Below, one piece after another: positions 40,688 through 50,567 of a stretch of 64,000 nucleotides of DNA. Below the pieces are notes generated by a model, which searched no databases, had not been told where the DNA came from, and saw only the letters and a program-made list of their open reading frames with translations. Source of the stretch: a virus (taxonomy: Duplodnaviria > Caudoviricetes); the IMG/VR virus record IMGVR_UViG_3300014204_000122, positions 72,570 to 136,569 of that record. The stretch is one strand, 5' to 3'. The position numbers were made by a program, and so were the translations under genes. Position 1 is the first letter of the stretch. The number at the start of each line of letters is the position of its first letter.

Positions 40688-41458
40688 ATGAATTACGGTA
40701 AGAAAATAAAAATTACAAAAGAACGTGCGTTGTTAGATGAGTCTAAAATAAACGGCCGTATAATAAATTCAGCAACTAATGGCTTTTTATTAGAAGCAGA
40801 AGGTGGAATGTCATATATGGAAAAGTGCAAACTTAATCCAGATTTACCAATATTTTTAACAGGAATTATACAAACTGGTGATAAGCCTAATAGAAATGGT
40901 AGAATATATCCATGGGACTATTTAAAACGTGAGGCTATTAGATATATGGAAAATGAGGTTAAAAACGGATTGTCTTTTGGGGAGTTAGATCACCCTTCAG
41001 ACTCTGCAACTCCTTCTCTAAGTAACGCTGCACTAGCTATTGAAGATCTTTCCTTTAAAGGTAAAGATGTGATTGCAAAAATCAGAGTGTTAAATGCTTA
41101 TATGCCTGATAACGCTCCAGGTAGAAAAGTAAGAGGTTTTTTATTAAATGGTAAAAATGTAGGAATATCCTCAAGAGCTTTAGGTTCTTTAGAACAATAT
41201 TCAAATACAGAATATGACGTAGTAGCTGAAGATATGGAAATGGTATGTTGGGATTTTGTTTCTAATGCTTCTAATTATGGATCTGAAAAAATGCAATTAT
41301 CAGAAGAAAACGGATCTAAACCTCAATTACATAAAAAATCTAAATTATTATTTGAATCTGAACTTCCTAAAATTCAAACATTAACAGAAGCAGAGAAAGT
41401 TTATTTAGAAATATTAGGAATTGAAAATTTTATAAAAACTAAAAACATTTTAGGATAA
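40688..41458 (+). CDS. Prohead core protease (T4 gp21-like)
   Basis: NRNGRIYP, GELDHP, GISSRALGS, WDFVSN. Confidence 0.95.
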   Translation: MNYGKKIKITKERALLDESKINGRIINSATNGFLLEAEGGMSYMEKCKLNPDLPIFLTGIIQTGDKPNRNGRIYPWDYLKREAIRYMENEVKNGLSFGELDHPSDSATPSLSNAALAIEDLSFKGKDVIAKIRVLNAYMPDNAPGRKVRGFLLNGKNVGISSRALGSLEQYSNTEYDVVAEDMEMVCWDFVSNASNYGSEKMQLSEENGSKPQLHKKSKLLFESELPKIQTLTEAEKVYLEILGIENFIKTKNILG

Positions 41459-41459
41459 G

Positions 41460-42137
41460 ATGAAAACAGAAAAAAAAATATTTAAAGAAGAGATAGCAAT
41501 TAATTATTATCTTTTATCAAAAAAAGATATGAATGATTTTAAAGCTGATGAATTTAATAATGATAATTATTTATTAATAAAAGATATATCACAGTTAGAT
41601 AAAAGAGATATATTGGACTTATATAAAGATAAAGGTTATATTAAAGTTATTCAAATAGGAAAAGATTCTTTTAATGAGTTATCTACATCTTTAAAATTTC
41701 AAAAAACACCTGGTTTAAGTTTAGTAGAAGAAATTAAAGAATATAAAAATAAAAAAATATTTAAAGAAATTGAAGCAAAAGATCCAGGATATCATAAATA
41801 TGATAATGAATCTATTGTAGAAGATATTAAAAAATATTGTGAAAAAAATAAAAATACTGAATTAAAAAATATACAAATTGAAGGCGAATTACTTACTGTA
41901 GATATAGAGTTAGAATATGATTCTGAAGAAGAAAATTTATTTTTCAGAAGAGAAAAAGTAAAGCAACTAGTGTATGACACAAAAACAGAGTTAGAAAAAG
42001 CTTTAAGAAAAAAAGCACATGATTTTTTACCTTTATCAGTACAAGGTATTGATATTCAACCTAAAAAAGCAAGATTTGAATTAGTTAGTATGTTATCTTT
42101 TAAAACTCGAGCAAATATAGAAATGTATGTAGGTTAA
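41460..42137 (+). CDS. Head-module hypothetical protein
   Basis: KKIFKE occurs twice; between protease and scaffold. Confidence 0.7.
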   Translation: MKTEKKIFKEEIAINYYLLSKKDMNDFKADEFNNDNYLLIKDISQLDKRDILDLYKDKGYIKVIQIGKDSFNELSTSLKFQKTPGLSLVEEIKEYKNKKIFKEIEAKDPGYHKYDNESIVEDIKKYCEKNKNTELKNIQIEGELLTVDIELEYDSEEENLFFRREKVKQLVYDTKTELEKALRKKAHDFLPLSVQGIDIQPKKARFELVSMLSFKTRANIEMYVG

Positions 42138-42217
42138 TCAAAATAAATTGATTAAAATATTTAATTTTTTTGAGTTAGTTATATTTAAATAAAAAATAAA
42201 CAATAAATTTTTGTAAA

Positions 42218-43690
42218 ATGGACAAAACTAAAATAAAAAAACTATTAACAGAAGATTTTTCTCTTAATTCCCCAATTGAAGTTATAGATGGTGTTGAGGA
42301 TGGAAACATTGAAAATCCAGTAACAGTTAATTTAAAACCAGGGGATATTATTACTGTTATAGATAATGAAGGCTCTAAAAAAGGAGTAGTACAAGTAGCT
42401 GAAAATTCAGGAGATTTAAATGTTGCTATTGAAGATGAAGAAGAATCTTTAGATCAAGATGATTTGGATATTATAGATATTATAGATTCGGAAGATGAAG
42501 AAGAATCTTTAGATCAAGACGATTTAAATATTATAGATTCAGAAGATGAAGATGAAGAACAGGAAGAATCTTTAGAAAGTGAGGATTTACAAAATAAAAT
42601 TGAAGAAATTAAAACTAGTATAGATAACCTACAAGAGGAAATAGAAAATATTGAATTGCAAATATCTGATAACGAAGAAATAGAAAATATAGAAGATAGT
42701 GAAATTGAACTAGATTTAGAGGATGAAGAAGAATCTTTAGATCAAGACGATTTAGATATTATAGATATTATAGATTCAGATGATGAAGAGGATAATTTAA
42801 ACGCAGCAATAGATGAAGTTGAAAGCGAGACAGAAGAAATAAATGAAAGTGATATTTCTGACGATGATGATCTTATTGATATTTCTGATATAAATAATAA
42901 TGATGAAATAGAATTAACAGAAGATATTAATATTAGTTATGATGACGATAAAGAAACTATAGAAGATATAGAAACTTTAGATCAAAATAGCTTAGATACT
43001 AATGATTTAGAAATAGAAGATTTAGAACCAGAAGATGAAGAAGTTGGTTTATCACCAGAGGAATTAGATGCAGCTGGCCTAGGAGATTTAAACCCAACGT
43101 TATCTGACACATCAGAAGAAATTACAGATACTAATATGTTAAATACAGAATTGGAAGATGAAGTTTCTGACGAAACTCTTTCTGATGTAGATGAAGGTGA
43201 AGCTATAAAAAAACAAGAAGATGTGGATGAGTTAGTGGTATCTTTACTTGATGACGAAGAATTAGAATATATTTCTGATTCACCTAATGATGAAATAGAT
43301 CTAAAATTAGAGTCAGTTTCTAAAAAAGAAAAAATGTTACAAGAATCTGTTAAAAAATTAGAACTTGAAAACTATAAACTTTTAAAGGTTAATGGAATTT
43401 TAAATTTATTACCTGATTTGTCTTTAGAAACAAAACAAACATTGGCAGAAAGTTTTGATAAATGTTCAACAACAACACAAGTTAAAAATTTATATAGTAA
43501 AGTTGTTTCAACTGTAAAGGAACATAAAAAACCAAAACTTAATACATTAATTATAGAAAGTAATAAAGGCTATAATACAATAGGTATTCCAATGAAAGAT
43601 AATTTTGATGATAATATTTTAACAGAAGATCAAAAAAGAAAAAATTATTTAATGGGAATAAACGAAAACGAAGAAGATTATTTCGGATAA
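42218..43690 (+). CDS. Prohead scaffold protein (gp22-like), highly acidic, with internal EDEEESLDQDDL repeats
   Basis: Position before MCP; acidic low-complexity region; LELENYKLLKVN...ESFDK C-terminal motif. Confidence 0.75.
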   Translation: MDKTKIKKLLTEDFSLNSPIEVIDGVEDGNIENPVTVNLKPGDIITVIDNEGSKKGVVQVAENSGDLNVAIEDEEESLDQDDLDIIDIIDSEDEEESLDQDDLNIIDSEDEDEEQEESLESEDLQNKIEEIKTSIDNLQEEIENIELQISDNEEIENIEDSEIELDLEDEEESLDQDDLDIIDIIDSDDEEDNLNAAIDEVESETEEINESDISDDDDLIDISDINNNDEIELTEDINISYDDDKETIEDIETLDQNSLDTNDLEIEDLEPEDEEVGLSPEELDAAGLGDLNPTLSDTSEEITDTNMLNTELEDEVSDETLSDVDEGEAIKKQEDVDELVVSLLDDEELEYISDSPNDEIDLKLESVSKKEKMLQESVKKLELENYKLLKVNGILNLLPDLSLETKQTLAESFDKCSTTTQVKNLYSKVVSTVKEHKKPKLNTLIIESNKGYNTIGIPMKDNFDDNILTEDQKRKNYLMGINENEEDYFG

Positions 43691-43715
43691 TTTTAATAAA
43701 ATAAGAAAATAAATA

Positions 43716-43746
43716 AAAAAACCCAAGAAATTTCTTGGGTTTTTTT
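43716..43746 (+). terminator. Intrinsic terminator
   Basis: AAAACCCAAGAAATTTCTTGGG + T-run. Confidence 0.75.
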
Positions 43747-43805
43747 ATTTCTGTAATATTTAAAATAAAATACATTAATTTAAAAACAATTTAAAAATTG
43801 ATAAA

Positions 43806-45482
43806 ATGAGACAATTACAAGAAAACACTGAAAAATATAATTTAGGCCGTATTCTTGACCGTTCAGAAACTACACGTATTACAGAAGTAGTTTCAGCATG
43901 GAAAAAATCGGGTTATTTATATGGTCTTAAAGGTAGAGACCTAGGTAAAATGGCTATTTTAGCTGAAAATCAAAAAAAACAAATTTTACAAGAAAATAAC
44001 ACTACTGCAGATATGGCAGTATTTGACACAATCGCAATTCCTATGATTCGTCGTCAAAATGCATTAATGGTAACTCCTAATTTAATTAGTGTTCAACCAT
44101 TATCATATCCAAACGGTATTGTTTTCTATTTAGACTATGAAGTGTCTAACGAAAAAGTATCTGTTGGTACAGCAAAAACATGGGAAGGTAAATCAGGATA
44201 TGATCGTTTTTACGATAATGCTGGTTATGATACTTCTAAAGGACGTATTATTGCACGTGGTTATCCTACATATGCTGGCCCTATTGCTCCTATTGATGCT
44301 GCTTTAGCTGCAGAATTTCAAGTTGCAGGTGTTGACTTAGGTGCCGGTGCTGATCTTAATCTTGCAATTGTAGAACTTGATGGTGCTGCAGTTGGTGGAT
44401 TTGCAATGAATAACTTAGCTTCTTTAAGAGTATTTGCTCATAATGGTATTAAAGAATTAGTAGAAGGTGTAGATTATTTTATTCAAAAAACAATACAAGA
44501 TTGGGGAACTGATTTATTATCTAAAAATCGTGTTGCAGGTGTAACAGCTTCAGGTAACGCAGGTGGACAAAATCAACCGCCAGCAAATACAGGTGGTGGA
44601 ATACAAGGTCCAGGTGCAGGTGATAATATTGTTGAAGTAAAAATTATTCCTACAGTAGCTGGTTTAGGTGCAAACGTAACAGTTCGTTTTGGATTTAACG
44701 ATTATGCTAACTTAGAATTAGAACCACAAAACAGTACAGAATTACGTATGAAAATTACTTCTGCTCCTGTTCAAACTCATATTCATAAGTTAAAAACAGC
44801 TTGGACTATTGAATTAGCTCAAGACTTAATGGCTTACCACGCAATTGATGCTGAAGCTGAATTAACTCAGTTAATGTCAGAAGAAGTAGCTCAAGAAAAA
44901 GACCGTATGATCATTAAAGAATTAGTATATGGTGCAGCTCACTTTGAAGTGTGGAATGCAGATTTTGCTACTGCTGTTGATCCTAATCCTGCTAATACAG
45001 TATTCCGTGGTACAGAAGGAACATACAATCAAACATTAGTTTATGCCGTTAACAGAATCAATGGTAAAATCCAAAAATCAACTCGTAGAGGTGGTGCTAA
45101 CTGGATTCTTATCTCTGCTGAAGGTGCAGCTAAATTAGAAAACTTAGATACTTATAAACCAATTGAAGGTGATGCAGAAGGAACAAAATTTGCTGCAGGT
45201 GTTGAAAAAATGGGTAAATTATCTAAAAAATGGGATGTGTTTGTTGATCCAATGTTACCAGCTGAAGTTTGTTTAGTAGGTCGTAAAGGTACTTCTTTCT
45301 TTGATACAGGATTCGTTTATTGTCCATATATTGAATATATACTATCTCCAGTTGTTATTGATCCAGAGACTTTCAACCCTCGTAGACAATTAGCTTCTAG
45401 ATTCGGAACAAAAATGTTAAATAATAAATTCTATGGTATTGTTCATATGAAAGGAATTGAAAAATTCGAGATATTTGACTAA
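43806..45482 (+). CDS. Major capsid protein (T4 gp23-like)
   Basis: MAILAENQ, VQPL, KLKTAWTIELAQDLMAYHAIDAEAEL, GFVYCPY, DPETFNPR. Confidence 0.97.
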   Translation: MRQLQENTEKYNLGRILDRSETTRITEVVSAWKKSGYLYGLKGRDLGKMAILAENQKKQILQENNTTADMAVFDTIAIPMIRRQNALMVTPNLISVQPLSYPNGIVFYLDYEVSNEKVSVGTAKTWEGKSGYDRFYDNAGYDTSKGRIIARGYPTYAGPIAPIDAALAAEFQVAGVDLGAGADLNLAIVELDGAAVGGFAMNNLASLRVFAHNGIKELVEGVDYFIQKTIQDWGTDLLSKNRVAGVTASGNAGGQNQPPANTGGGIQGPGAGDNIVEVKIIPTVAGLGANVTVRFGFNDYANLELEPQNSTELRMKITSAPVQTHIHKLKTAWTIELAQDLMAYHAIDAEAELTQLMSEEVAQEKDRMIIKELVYGAAHFEVWNADFATAVDPNPANTVFRGTEGTYNQTLVYAVNRINGKIQKSTRRGGANWILISAEGAAKLENLDTYKPIEGDAEGTKFAAGVEKMGKLSKKWDVFVDPMLPAEVCLVGRKGTSFFDTGFVYCPYIEYILSPVVIDPETFNPRRQLASRFGTKMLNNKFYGIVHMKGIEKFEIFD

Positions 45483-45500
45483 TAATCAAATAATTATATA

Positions 45501-45536
45501 AAATAAAAGCCTTGTTTTTTACAAGGCTTTTATTTT
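45501..45536 (+). terminator. Intrinsic terminator after MCP
   Basis: AAATAAAAGCCTTGT/ACAAGGCTTTTATTT. Confidence 0.75.
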
Positions 45537-45600
45537 GTTTTAAAAATAATATCGAAGAATAAAGTATATTAAAAAATAATTCTTATTTTAAAAAATAAAA

Positions 45601-46944
45601 ATGAGGGAAGAAATCCAAAATATTTTAGATAAAGATAAACTATATAATTTAACGAGAAAAAATTATTTAGAAAAAAACTATAAAACAATTTATGATAATT
45701 TATATATGTTTAAAAATATATATTATTTTAATATAGAATTACCCTTTGCCCAATTAGTTTATCTTTATTCTTACGATTTAAAAGAATTACCTGTTTGCTT
45801 AAAGTGTAATAGTAATAAGCTTACTTTTGTATCTTTTTCGCAAGGATATAAAAAATATTGCTCTAAAAAATGCTCAAACAATCACCAAGAAAGAATAGAT
45901 AAGCGTAACCAAACTATTTTAAAAAAATATGGCGTTAAAAACATATCTCAATCTGAAATAATAAAAGAGAAAAAGAGAAAAAATTCTATAGAAAAACATG
46001 GAGTAGATAGTCCGTTAAAATTAAAAGAAATAAGGGATAAATGTGAAGCAACTTGTGTTCTAAAATATGGAGATTATAATGTTTCTAAAGTAAAAGAATT
46101 ATATAATAAGCAACGAATTAAATATCAAAAAACATTAAAAGATAAATATGGAGTAGATCACATTTCTAAAGTAAAGAGTGTACAAGAAAGTAAAGAAAAA
46201 ACATATTTAAAAAATTGGGGTGTTAAAAATCCCTTTTTATCCAAAATTATACAAGATAAAAAAAATAATACAATTCAAGAAAGATATGGAGTTAATAATG
46301 TTGGAAAATTATTAGCAACTATAGATAAAAGAGAAAAAACATATTTAGAAAAGTATGGGGTTAAAAACCCTATGTTGTTATACAAACCGGTTAAAACTTC
46401 TAAAATAGAAACAAAAATTTGCAAATTAATAAATGGAGAAAAATTTAGATTTCAAGGACGTGAATATGACATTAAGGTAGGAAAAGATATATTTGAGATA
46501 GATGGAGATTATTTTCATCCAAAAGAAAAGAAAAACTTAGGTATAATGCAAATGGGTGGATTGATAAATGATTATAGAAAATATAATGCTATTGTAGGTT
46601 CTGAATATAATATTTATAAAATATATACTTCTAATCTACCAAAAAATTTAGAAGGGTTAACAATTGATTTGCTTAAACAACTAAGTTATGAACCCAATTA
46701 TCAAATAAACTATGAAGATGTTTTGATATCCAGTGATTACTTAAAAAAATACGTTAAAGAAAAAGGAGAAAATAAGTTATTTAAATATGTGTTTAAACAA
46801 TTAGTTGATATTTGTATAGAAATAGGAAAATTAAATTTGACAAAAGAAGAAATAGAAGAAAGAGTAAGATATATTTTGTTGAACAAGTTAGATTTTAGTT
46901 TCAACAATATTTTAAATAATTCTTATTTTAAAATAAATAAATAA
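45601..46944 (+). CDS. Putative free-standing homing endonuclease (KYGVxN repeats + PD-(D/E)XK)
   Basis: YCSKKC Zn motif, tandem KYGVxN repeats, EYDI...FEIDGDYFH. Confidence 0.7.
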   Translation: MREEIQNILDKDKLYNLTRKNYLEKNYKTIYDNLYMFKNIYYFNIELPFAQLVYLYSYDLKELPVCLKCNSNKLTFVSFSQGYKKYCSKKCSNNHQERIDKRNQTILKKYGVKNISQSEIIKEKKRKNSIEKHGVDSPLKLKEIRDKCEATCVLKYGDYNVSKVKELYNKQRIKYQKTLKDKYGVDHISKVKSVQESKEKTYLKNWGVKNPFLSKIIQDKKNNTIQERYGVNNVGKLLATIDKREKTYLEKYGVKNPMLLYKPVKTSKIETKICKLINGEKFRFQGREYDIKVGKDIFEIDGDYFHPKEKKNLGIMQMGGLINDYRKYNAIVGSEYNIYKIYTSNLPKNLEGLTIDLLKQLSYEPNYQINYEDVLISSDYLKKYVKEKGENKLFKYVFKQLVDICIEIGKLNLTKEEIEERVRYILLNKLDFSFNNILNNSYFKINK

Positions 46945-46948
46945 TAAA

Positions 46949-47377
46949 ATGAAAGAAGAAATAAAAGAAATTATAGATACATATAGTATTTTTAAATTAA
47001 TTAAGCCACAATTTTTAGAGAAAGAATATAATAGTATTTTCTTAAAAATAAGCGTATTTAAAGAAAGATATTATAAAAATGATATATTACCATATTCTCA
47101 GATAGTTTATTTGTATAATCACAATATAATAAGTATACCGAAGTGTTATTGTGGTAATCAATGTACTTTTAAATCTTTTTCAGAGGGATATAGAGGCTAT
47201 TGTTCTAATAAATGCTCAGCCAATTCAAAAAATAAACAAGAAAAAATAGAAAAAACTTGCACAGAGAGGTATGGTGTAAAAAATGTAGCACAAAAACAAG
47301 AAGTAAAAGATAAAAAAAGAGAAACTTTTTTAGCAAATGAAAAAAATATGATAAAAAATAAAAAAACTTTTATATAG
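46949..47377 (+). CDS. Truncated paralog of the preceding endonuclease (no nuclease domain)
   Basis: Aligns by eye to its N-terminus (LPYSQIVYLY...YCSNKC...ERYGVKN). Confidence 0.65.
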   Translation: MKEEIKEIIDTYSIFKLIKPQFLEKEYNSIFLKISVFKERYYKNDILPYSQIVYLYNHNIISIPKCYCGNQCTFKSFSEGYRGYCSNKCSANSKNKQEKIEKTCTERYGVKNVAQKQEVKDKKRETFLANEKNMIKNKKTFI

Positions 47378-47473
47378 AAGTGTAGCAAATATGTTTTAAA
47401 GTGTTTTTAATCTTTAAAAAATAAAATATTTAGTAAAAAATTAATATTTATATAAAATGTTAATATAGACTAA

Positions 47474-48235
47474 ATGGAAAAAAATAAAACAGAACAATAT
47501 AGACAATTATATCCCAAAGGAACACAAATAGAATTAATTTCTATGGATGATGATTTTACCAATTTAAAACAAGGAGATAAGGGGATAATTCAATTGGTGG
47601 ATGATATAGGTAATGTTCACGTAAATTGGGAAAATGGTTCAAAATTAGCTTTAGTTCCAGAAGTGGATTCGTTTAAAATAATATCAAACAAATCAGAGAT
47701 TGAAACAGTTAAGTTTAATGAATTAAAAGATAAATTTAAAGAAGAGTATTCATATCTTGATATTCCAGAAGATAATATAATTCAAAAATTTGCAAATAAA
47801 GCTTTAAATATAGATGTTAAAGTTGATTTACTTGCAGGATATGTATTGTCAGGGAAAGAAAATTCAGCTGAAATTGAAGAAAGTTATACTAAAGAAAAAG
47901 ATGATAAACCTGGCTACCCAAGAGGAGATGAGCCTACCAAAATTATTGAAGAGGATGAAAATATTGAAGAAAAAGAAGAAAATCTTAATATTATCTCTTT
48001 AGGAGAAATAACTTCTGAAATTTTTGAAAACAACAAAGAATATATAAAAGAACAAATTATTGATAATTTTATTACCCAGTTTAAAGCATCTGGTGTATCT
48101 CCAGGATTAGCAGAAGATCAAGCAAAAGATCTTTGGAGAGAAAATTATGGTGAATTTACATATGAAGGTTTAAAAGAAGCTATAGATGATGCTTTTTTAA
48201 TAGATAGTAGTTTTACAGTTGAGATTATTAAATAA
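47474..48235 (+). CDS. DUF4314-domain protein
   Basis: YPKGTQIELISMDD...GDKG...VDDIGNVHVNWENGSKLAL. Confidence 0.75.
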   Translation: MEKNKTEQYRQLYPKGTQIELISMDDDFTNLKQGDKGIIQLVDDIGNVHVNWENGSKLALVPEVDSFKIISNKSEIETVKFNELKDKFKEEYSYLDIPEDNIIQKFANKALNIDVKVDLLAGYVLSGKENSAEIEESYTKEKDDKPGYPRGDEPTKIIEEDENIEEKEENLNIISLGEITSEIFENNKEYIKEQIIDNFITQFKASGVSPGLAEDQAKDLWRENYGEFTYEGLKEAIDDAFLIDSSFTVEIIK

Positions 48236-48245
48236 TAATTAAAAA

Positions 48246-48515
48246 ATGGCAAGTAGATATACAAGAAGAACATTTATACAACCTACAAGAAAGATATCAA
48301 TAGCTAATACAGATGTTTATCATACTTTTAATCAGTTTGATAATGTTGATGCTTTAGCTGATAAATGGTATCACGATGTAACATTAGGTTGGGTTATTAT
48401 GTGCGCCAATCCACAATATAAATTTGAGTTTCAAATAAACCCAGGTGATAAAATTAGAATAGCTTTTCCTATTAATAGAATATGGAATGAATGGGGTTAT
48501 AATAATGAAGTTTAA
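48246..48515 (+). CDS. LysM-like baseplate protein (gp53/tail X-like)
   Basis: DNVDALADKWYHDVTLGWVIMCANP...PGDKIRI. Confidence 0.75.
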   Translation: MASRYTRRTFIQPTRKISIANTDVYHTFNQFDNVDALADKWYHDVTLGWVIMCANPQYKFEFQINPGDKIRIAFPINRIWNEWGYNNEV

Positions 48516-48527
48516 CAAATATAAAAA

Positions 48528-49994
48528 ATGAAATCAGAAAAAGAAAAACAATTGGAAATACAACTACTTACTGAAAAAATTCAAAATATATCTGGAAAAA
48601 AGGTTATTTTCAAAGAAGAGTTTAATATAGAAGAGGAAGACGATTATTATTTAATAACCTCTTTAGAAGATGAAATAGAAACTGAAGCTTTTATAGATAA
48701 TTCAAAATATATTCAAAATAAATTTCCAAATGAAAAAGTTTTAAAAATTGATTGTGTTTATAATAATGATTTTTTTAAAAAATTTATAGGGTTTTTAAAA
48801 AAGAATAATATTAAATATAATATTAGAAAGGCAAGATTAGATAATTTTTGTAGAATCAATATAAATGTAAAAGATTTAAAATCAACAAACATTTTAAAAG
48901 AAAACGAAGAGAAAACATATAAAATATCAAAAACATATAACGATAAAACTAAAGTTATTGAAGATACTTTAGAAGGATTAATCAAATATTTTAGTTATAC
49001 TTTAGAATCAGGAAAAAGTCATAATAGTTCAATAGATAAAAGACCTAAAACAATTAATAGTCTTATAAGTAATTTAAGAAAAGCTTTTGATGAATTAGAA
49101 GGAGGTTTTTCTAGAACAAGTATTAGGTTAATTAAAGAAAATGTTGAAGTATTAAAAGAAACTATGTCTGCTATCCCTCCTGTTAAAAGTAAAACATCTG
49201 ATTTAGAGAATTTAAGAGCTGCAATTATAGCAGAATATGATGCTATTAATTTATATGATCAAATGGCTAATAATACAAAAAATAGTAAAATTAAAGAAGT
49301 TTTGTTAGATATAGCTAAAGAAGAAAAAACTCATGTAGGTGAATTAGAAGCACTTTTAAAAGACTTTGACAAACAACATGCAGAAGAAGTCGTTTCAGGA
49401 GAAAAAGAGGTTAAAAAAGCTTTAAAAGAAGAAAAAACAACAGTTTTAAAAGAAGCTATTAATCCTAGCAGTTGGAATATGACTAATGTGGCAAATAAAG
49501 TAGAAAGTTATGCAAATGAAAAAAATATACCTTTTGCTAAATTTAAAATTGAAAGAAAACCTTATGGGTATGGAGCTACTAGAACTACAGCTAAATTAAA
49601 AATAGGTTCAAATATAATTCTTATGAAAGTAGATAAAGTACCTGGAATGGGCAATAACGCAAATGACCTTGAGGTATATATGATAGATCCACAAGATGAA
49701 TCTAAAGGTATAAAAATCAGCAACTGGTGTTATTTATCAGATATTCCAAAATTTTTAGATAAATGGTTTGAATCATCTCAAGTTAGTTCTGATATTAAAA
49801 CAATGTCTAAAGAAGAGGTTGAAAAATTAAAATCAGATTTAAAAAAGGCAAGAATTGAAAATAATGAAGAAATAAGTGATGATCAAGCTTTTGATATAGC
49901 AGAAAATATTATAAATGAAAATCCGGGTTTAAAGGAATATTTAACTAGTATAGGAATTAAAGATATACAAGGCTATATAGCTAATTGGATATAA
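48528..49994 (+). CDS. Tagged multidomain protein containing a ferritin-like domain
   Basis: N-terminal tag; LRAAIIAEYDAINLYDQ...DIAKEEKTHVGEL; domains separated by (L/I)KE. Confidence 0.8.
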   Translation: MKSEKEKQLEIQLLTEKIQNISGKKVIFKEEFNIEEEDDYYLITSLEDEIETEAFIDNSKYIQNKFPNEKVLKIDCVYNNDFFKKFIGFLKKNNIKYNIRKARLDNFCRININVKDLKSTNILKENEEKTYKISKTYNDKTKVIEDTLEGLIKYFSYTLESGKSHNSSIDKRPKTINSLISNLRKAFDELEGGFSRTSIRLIKENVEVLKETMSAIPPVKSKTSDLENLRAAIIAEYDAINLYDQMANNTKNSKIKEVLLDIAKEEKTHVGELEALLKDFDKQHAEEVVSGEKEVKKALKEEKTTVLKEAINPSSWNMTNVANKVESYANEKNIPFAKFKIERKPYGYGATRTTAKLKIGSNIILMKVDKVPGMGNNANDLEVYMIDPQDESKGIKISNWCYLSDIPKFLDKWFESSQVSSDIKTMSKEEVEKLKSDLKKARIENNEEISDDQAFDIAENIINENPGLKEYLTSIGIKDIQGYIANWI

Positions 49995-50060
49995 AAAAAT
50001 AAACATTGATAATCAATGAATTATAAATTATTTTAAATTATTTTAAGAAAAAGGTTGTTT

Positions 50061-50175
50061 TGTATTAGAAAAAACCATTATCTTTAGCATAACAAATTAA
50101 GAGAAATAATACACTTTTGTAAAAATTTTTCTTATATTAATAATGAAAAATAAAAAATAGTTATATTTAAAAGAA
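50061..50175 (+). promoter_or_regulatory. Promoter cassette of tRNA operon 3
   Basis: GTATTA-A-run-TATCTTTAG (50079), TTCTTATATTAATAAT and TATTTAAAAGAAA in the same order as at operons 1 and 2. Confidence 0.65.
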
Positions 50176-50191
50176 ACAATAAATAAAAAAA

Positions 50192-50278
50192 ATGAAAAAG
50201 TGGTATACATATAGAACAATTATGACAGCCTTTAATAAAGGGGTAGAGGATTGTGGTGTACTCGATATTCGGATTTAA
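50192..50278 (+). CDS. Attenuator leader peptide 3, MKKWYTYRTIMTAFNKGVEDCGVLDIRI (15-amino-acid sensor)
   Basis: Codons 2-21 contain K,W,Y,T,R(AGA),I(ATT),M,A,F,N,G,V,E,D,C; ATTCGGATTTAAA at the stop pairs with TTTAAACCCGAAT of the terminator. Confidence 0.88.
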   Translation: MKKWYTYRTIMTAFNKGVEDCGVLDIRI

Positions 50279-50303
50279 ACATTAATAAAGTAATTAAATA
50301 TTT

Positions 50304-50337
50304 AAACCCGAATCAGTAAAAAGTTTCGGGTTTTTTT
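50304..50337 (+). terminator. Attenuator terminator upstream of tRNA operon 3
   Basis: AAACCCGAA-loop-TTCGGG followed by T7. Confidence 0.85.
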
Positions 50338-50359
50338 ATCCGGAAAAAAAAATAAAAAA

Positions 50360-50376
50360 AGTTCTTTGACATATTG
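50360..50376 (+). promoter_or_regulatory. boxA-like antitermination element
   Basis: AGTTCTTTGACATATTG resembles rrn leader boxA. Confidence 0.6.
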
Positions 50377-50388
50377 GTATAAAAAAAT

Positions 50389-50477
50389 GGTTCTGTGGTG
50401 AAAGTATCACAAGGCAGTCGATTCACAACAGTGAGGTATCTTCAGTCGTGTTACAGGTTCATATCCTGTCAGAACCA
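50389..50477 (+). ncRNA. Non-canonical tRNA-like element (acceptor, D and T arms; no standard anticodon arm)
   Basis: GGTTCTG/CAGAACC-A, GTGA-AAGTA-TCAC, ACAGG-TTCATAT-CCTGT. Confidence 0.55.
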
Positions 50478-50486
50478 CATAATATT

Positions 50487-50567
50487 GGATCAGTTGAGCA
50501 ATTGGTTGGCTCGCCTGACTGTAGATCAGGTCTGAAAGGCGTGGGGGTTCGAATCCCTCCTGATCCA
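50487..50567 (+). tRNA. tRNA-Tyr(GTA)
   Basis: CCTGA-CTGTAGA-TCAGG. Confidence 0.92.

Noticed and set aside
42430-42790. EDEEESLDQDDL repeats as an independent repeat element
   Set aside because: In-frame low-complexity duplications within the scaffold gene
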